Translations under genes and position numbers: made by a program
Origin: a virus
DNA: 54,608 bases
IMG/VR virus record: IMGVR_UViG_3300012812_000001
Reading direction: 5' to 3' (one strand)
Shown here: positions 51,955-54,608 of the stretch, piece by piece
Layout: every line of letters starts with the position of its first letter
Position numbering within the stretch: position 1 is the first letter of the stretch
Notes under the pieces: generated by a model
The model's input: only the letters and a program-made list of their open reading frames with translations
Databases searched by the model: none
Told to the model about the DNA's origin: nothing

Positions 51955-54608
51955 TTACAACGAAGCGGAACCACCGTAATACATGCCGTAATCCTGGCCG
52001 TATCCGGTCGGATTGCGGACCTCGATGCCCAGCATGTGGTTCTGCTGACTCTCGGCCGCGATCCGGTCGCTGCGGACGGCGACGCCATTGACCATGTCCA
52101 TCTCGTAGAGGCGGGAACCTACCTCCAGCAGGTAGGCAGTGATGTCGTCGCGATCCGAGCCGGGCTTATCCAGCCGCACACCGAACAGCGTGCCCTGAAG
52201 GGCAAACCCGCCAGAGATGGCCTCCTCTTCGTGCAGGAGTTCCATCTCGGTGTAGGGCGTGCGAACGGATCCCGTCGCCAGCTCTGGAGGCGTGGTCACA
52301 TGGACACGGCGCCAGACCCGGATGAAGTTGACCTGACCTCCTTCCGGTGCGATCGCGTCATCGTCCCATGCAGCGGCAGCGGCGTCCTCATAGCGCCTGT
52401 TGCGCGATTTGAAGGTCACAGACACCCCGGAAGGCTCCGACAGGAGCACAACTTTCCCGAACCGCACCGAGCCTGGCCCAAGAGGACTGCCGCCCGCGAC
52501 ATCCATCCGGACCCCCGCCGGGCGGATCGGTCTTTGCGTCCGATAGCCGCACACAGCCACTCCCGCTCCAAACCAGGCGACCGCCTTGCCGTTAGCGTTT
52601 TCTGGGCGTTGGATAATCCGGACACCACCGAAATTCTGGGCGAAGGCGGGATCTGCCGTGGAGTCGATCAATCCGAGCGGCGCCGGGAGAGCACCCCTCT
52701 CTATATAATAGACCCTGTCATCCACGGAGATCGGCGCGGGTGTGGTGTCATATGCACCGCGCGAGACGGTTACAGTCTGCCCGTCGATCGAGACGATCCG
52801 CATCCATTCCTCGGGGTAGACATAGTCGACGCCATTCCTGTCAGATCCAACTCTCCACCCTGCCCCACCGTCAAACACGACCGATGCGGCGCTTGCCATG
52901 GCGTTCGTAAACTCTCGCCGCCGCCCTGCCTCATGCCAGGAGGGGGCAGTCCCGTCGGGGAGGATGATCTCACCATGGAGTTCGAGCGCCTCCGGGGCTT
53001 TCGCGCGCATATGGCCAAACCCGGAATAGAGATGGACGGGGGCTCCTGTCTGCGCATCATAGCGCAGACCAGGGCCGTTCTGACCTGCGGGCTCGTTCAC
53101 CAGCTGAGAGCGGAGATGCGCCGTGCGCGACACCAGAAGGTAGTCGCCGGCCGAGAAGTCCGGCGCATTGATACCGAAATCGATCCCCGTAATGTCGATC
53201 GTGCTGATTGCCTCGGCTGGCAACGCCACCATCATCCTGCCGGAGGGCGTGGTTTCGACGGTGCCCGCCTCTTCGTAATCGAGATAACCGGTGCCGACTC
53301 CCTTGGCGATAGCCATCCTCTCCATCCTGTCGGGGGATCCGGCAAAGAAGAGCGGAACAGCCTCGCCGGTGTCGTCGAGGCTGACGATATCGGAAATCTC
53401 GGTGCCGGCCGCCGCGATGACGCCAAAGGGGGCGGGCGTGTAGAATGTCGGGAAAATCCTGGATGGCGGGGACTCCCGGCGCCAACGGGATGACGACATG
53501 GCTTCCGACACCTGCACGCCGACCTGCGCGTCGGAGAAGACGTCGTCGACGGCGGTCACGCGGACCCTTTGGTCTGACAGCTTACCGTAATCGATCGGGA
53601 ACAGCCTGGCACGCATCACCAGGTCCTCTTCGGGCCAGCGCACGGTCACGACATCGAAAGGCTTCAGCTTGAGCCCCTCTCTGCCGATGATGAAATCCGC
53701 AGCCGCCACAGGCTTCGAGCGGGTCTTGAGCTCGCGCTTGGCCACGGAAACGGCGACGGATTCCTTGCGCAACCCGTCAAGCCGCAGCTCGCCAGAGACC
53801 AGGCCGCCCCGGATCGATATCCCGGCATCATTCTGGACGGAGACGCTTTTCGACTGGCCCTTCAGCGTCGAGGTCCATTTCGCGACCATGGCGTTGACAG
53901 TGTCTCCCCAGGTCTGGCGGCGCAGCTCGACCAGATCGGCATTGTCGGGCGTGATGGTGATGTCCGGACGGTAGCAATCCGTGGCATCCGGCCCGTATTC
54001 CCCGCTGTCCGGGATCTTCCCGCCTCCGACAGACCGGTAAAGCCGCAACTCCGCATCCGATCGCAGCAGCCGCACCCCCCATTTGCCGCTATCCGGATCG
54101 AGATAGAGACCGCCGCCGATGTGGTCGCAGATCTTTCCTGCGAAGGCGCGCCCCGTGGTCTTGGTGTCCCATGTCAGGGTGATGCCGAGCTTCTCGCGCG
54201 ACAGGACGCGGGCCGCGCGGATGAAGGAGTGCAGATCGACCCTGTCTTCCGGCATCGCGATACCGAGCATCCGGCTGGTCAGGACCTCGTAGAGCATGGC
54301 GGCCGGGTTTGCCTGCGGCAGATACCCCTCGTCCTCACCGATCATCAAAACCTGGCGTTCGTCCTCAGAGACATTCGGCGGGAGCTCGCGCGCCAGGGCG
54401 AAGGCCCGCGGCCGACGGATCATCTTGAAGCTCATCGGGGGGAGCCGGGGATCGTTCTGCCCCCATAGAAAGCCCCTCCCGGAAACAGCCTGGATCGCGG
54501 CCGAGGCGGCCGCGATGATGCCGGGCTTCGGCTTTTTCTTTTCGGGAATGGTCCCGCCGTAAAAGAAGAGCGATGCCACGCCGCGGAACCCGGGCGCACC
54601 CTCCGGGG
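51955..54608 (-). CDS. Tail tip / host-specificity protein (J-like), C-terminal ~843 codons; the N-terminus is at 1-535
   Basis: The track ORF 51955-54579 starts at an internal GTG, and the frame stays open to the window end and across the junction. ...AAMLYEVLTSRMLGIAMPEDRVDLHSFIRAARV... parallels lambda J. Confidence 0.85.
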   Translation of the reverse strand, partial: PEGAPGFRGVASLFFYGGTIPEKKKPKPGIIAAASAAIQAVSGRGFLWGQNDPRLPPMSFKMIRRPRAFALARELPPNVSEDERQVLMIGEDEGYLPQANPAAMLYEVLTSRMLGIAMPEDRVDLHSFIRAARVLSREKLGITLTWDTKTTGRAFAGKICDHIGGGLYLDPDSGKWGVRLLRSDAELRLYRSVGGGKIPDSGEYGPDATDCYRPDITITPDNADLVELRRQTWGDTVNAMVAKWTSTLKGQSKSVSVQNDAGISIRGGLVSGELRLDGLRKESVAVSVAKRELKTRSKPVAAADFIIGREGLKLKPFDVVTVRWPEEDLVMRARLFPIDYGKLSDQRVRVTAVDDVFSDAQVGVQVSEAMSSSRWRRESPPSRIFPTFYTPAPFGVIAAAGTEISDIVSLDDTGEAVPLFFAGSPDRMERMAIAKGVGTGYLDYEEAGTVETTPSGRMMVALPAEAISTIDITGIDFGINAPDFSAGDYLLVSRTAHLRSQLVNEPAGQNGPGLRYDAQTGAPVHLYSGFGHMRAKAPEALELHGEIILPDGTAPSWHEAGRRREFTNAMASAASVVFDGGAGWRVGSDRNGVDYVYPEEWMRIVSIDGQTVTVSRGAYDTTPAPISVDDRVYYIERGALPAPLGLIDSTADPAFAQNFGGVRIIQRPENANGKAVAWFGAGVAVCGYRTQRPIRPAGVRMDVAGGSPLGPGSVRFGKVVLLSEPSGVSVTFKSRNRRYEDAAAAAWDDDAIAPEGGQVNFIRVWRRVHVTTPPELATGSVRTPYTEMELLHEEEAISGGFALQGTLFGVRLDKPGSDRDDITAYLLEVGSRLYEMDMVNGVAVRSDRIAAESQQNHMLGIEVRNPTGYGQDYGMYYGGSASL
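54486..54608. repeat. Terminal overlap identical to 1-123
   Basis: Same 123-base string as the window start. Confidence 0.95.

Noticed and set aside
51949-53493. 514-aa plus-strand ORF
   Set aside because: It is antisense to the J-like gene and has no motifs. It is a shadow ORF.

Overview
The window is a complete circular replicon. Bases 1-123 recur verbatim at 54486-54608, so the unique length is 54,485 bp. It is GC-rich and reads as a temperate lambda-like siphovirus kept as a plasmid (a phage-plasmid). The host is probably an alphaproteobacterium, judged from a GAAC-N7-GAAC SOS box, a GANTC cluster at the origin, BR0599/DUF2793-type tail proteins and a GH108 lysin.

About 30 kb of the minus strand is one lambda-syntenic late operon running 21059 down to 1, then wrapping to 54485 and down to about 45622. 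Its order is: AlpA-like regulator, TerS, GpA-type TerL, W, portal, S49 protease, D, E, FII/Z/U-like, tail tube, G/GT chaperone with a -1 frameshift, a 2136-aa tape measure with an embedded GH24 lysozyme domain, distal tail proteins, a J-like tip protein split by the window edge, a DUF2793 fibre, two paralogous receptor-binding-like proteins, a GH108 endolysin and membrane lysis proteins.

The remainder carries:
- ParA plus a small partner protein
- a PolA/RuvC/SSB/primase-helicase replication module
- an iteron-type RepA origin with a DnaA box and GANTC cluster
- a NaeI-like restriction-modification pair
- an SOS-boxed Y-family polymerase
- a PLD-family nuclease
- a tyrosine recombinase
- two metallophosphoesterases and a HAD hydrolase

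The most unusual structure is at 39752-41668. Two mirror-image ~278-bp AT-rich modules, packed with TAGTAGGTG/CACCTACTA repeats, bracket a protease-less Lon-type AAA+ ATPase gene. I cannot assign it to any described origin, centromere, telomere, switch or transposon. All functional calls come from motif recognition and synteny by eye; no searches were run.
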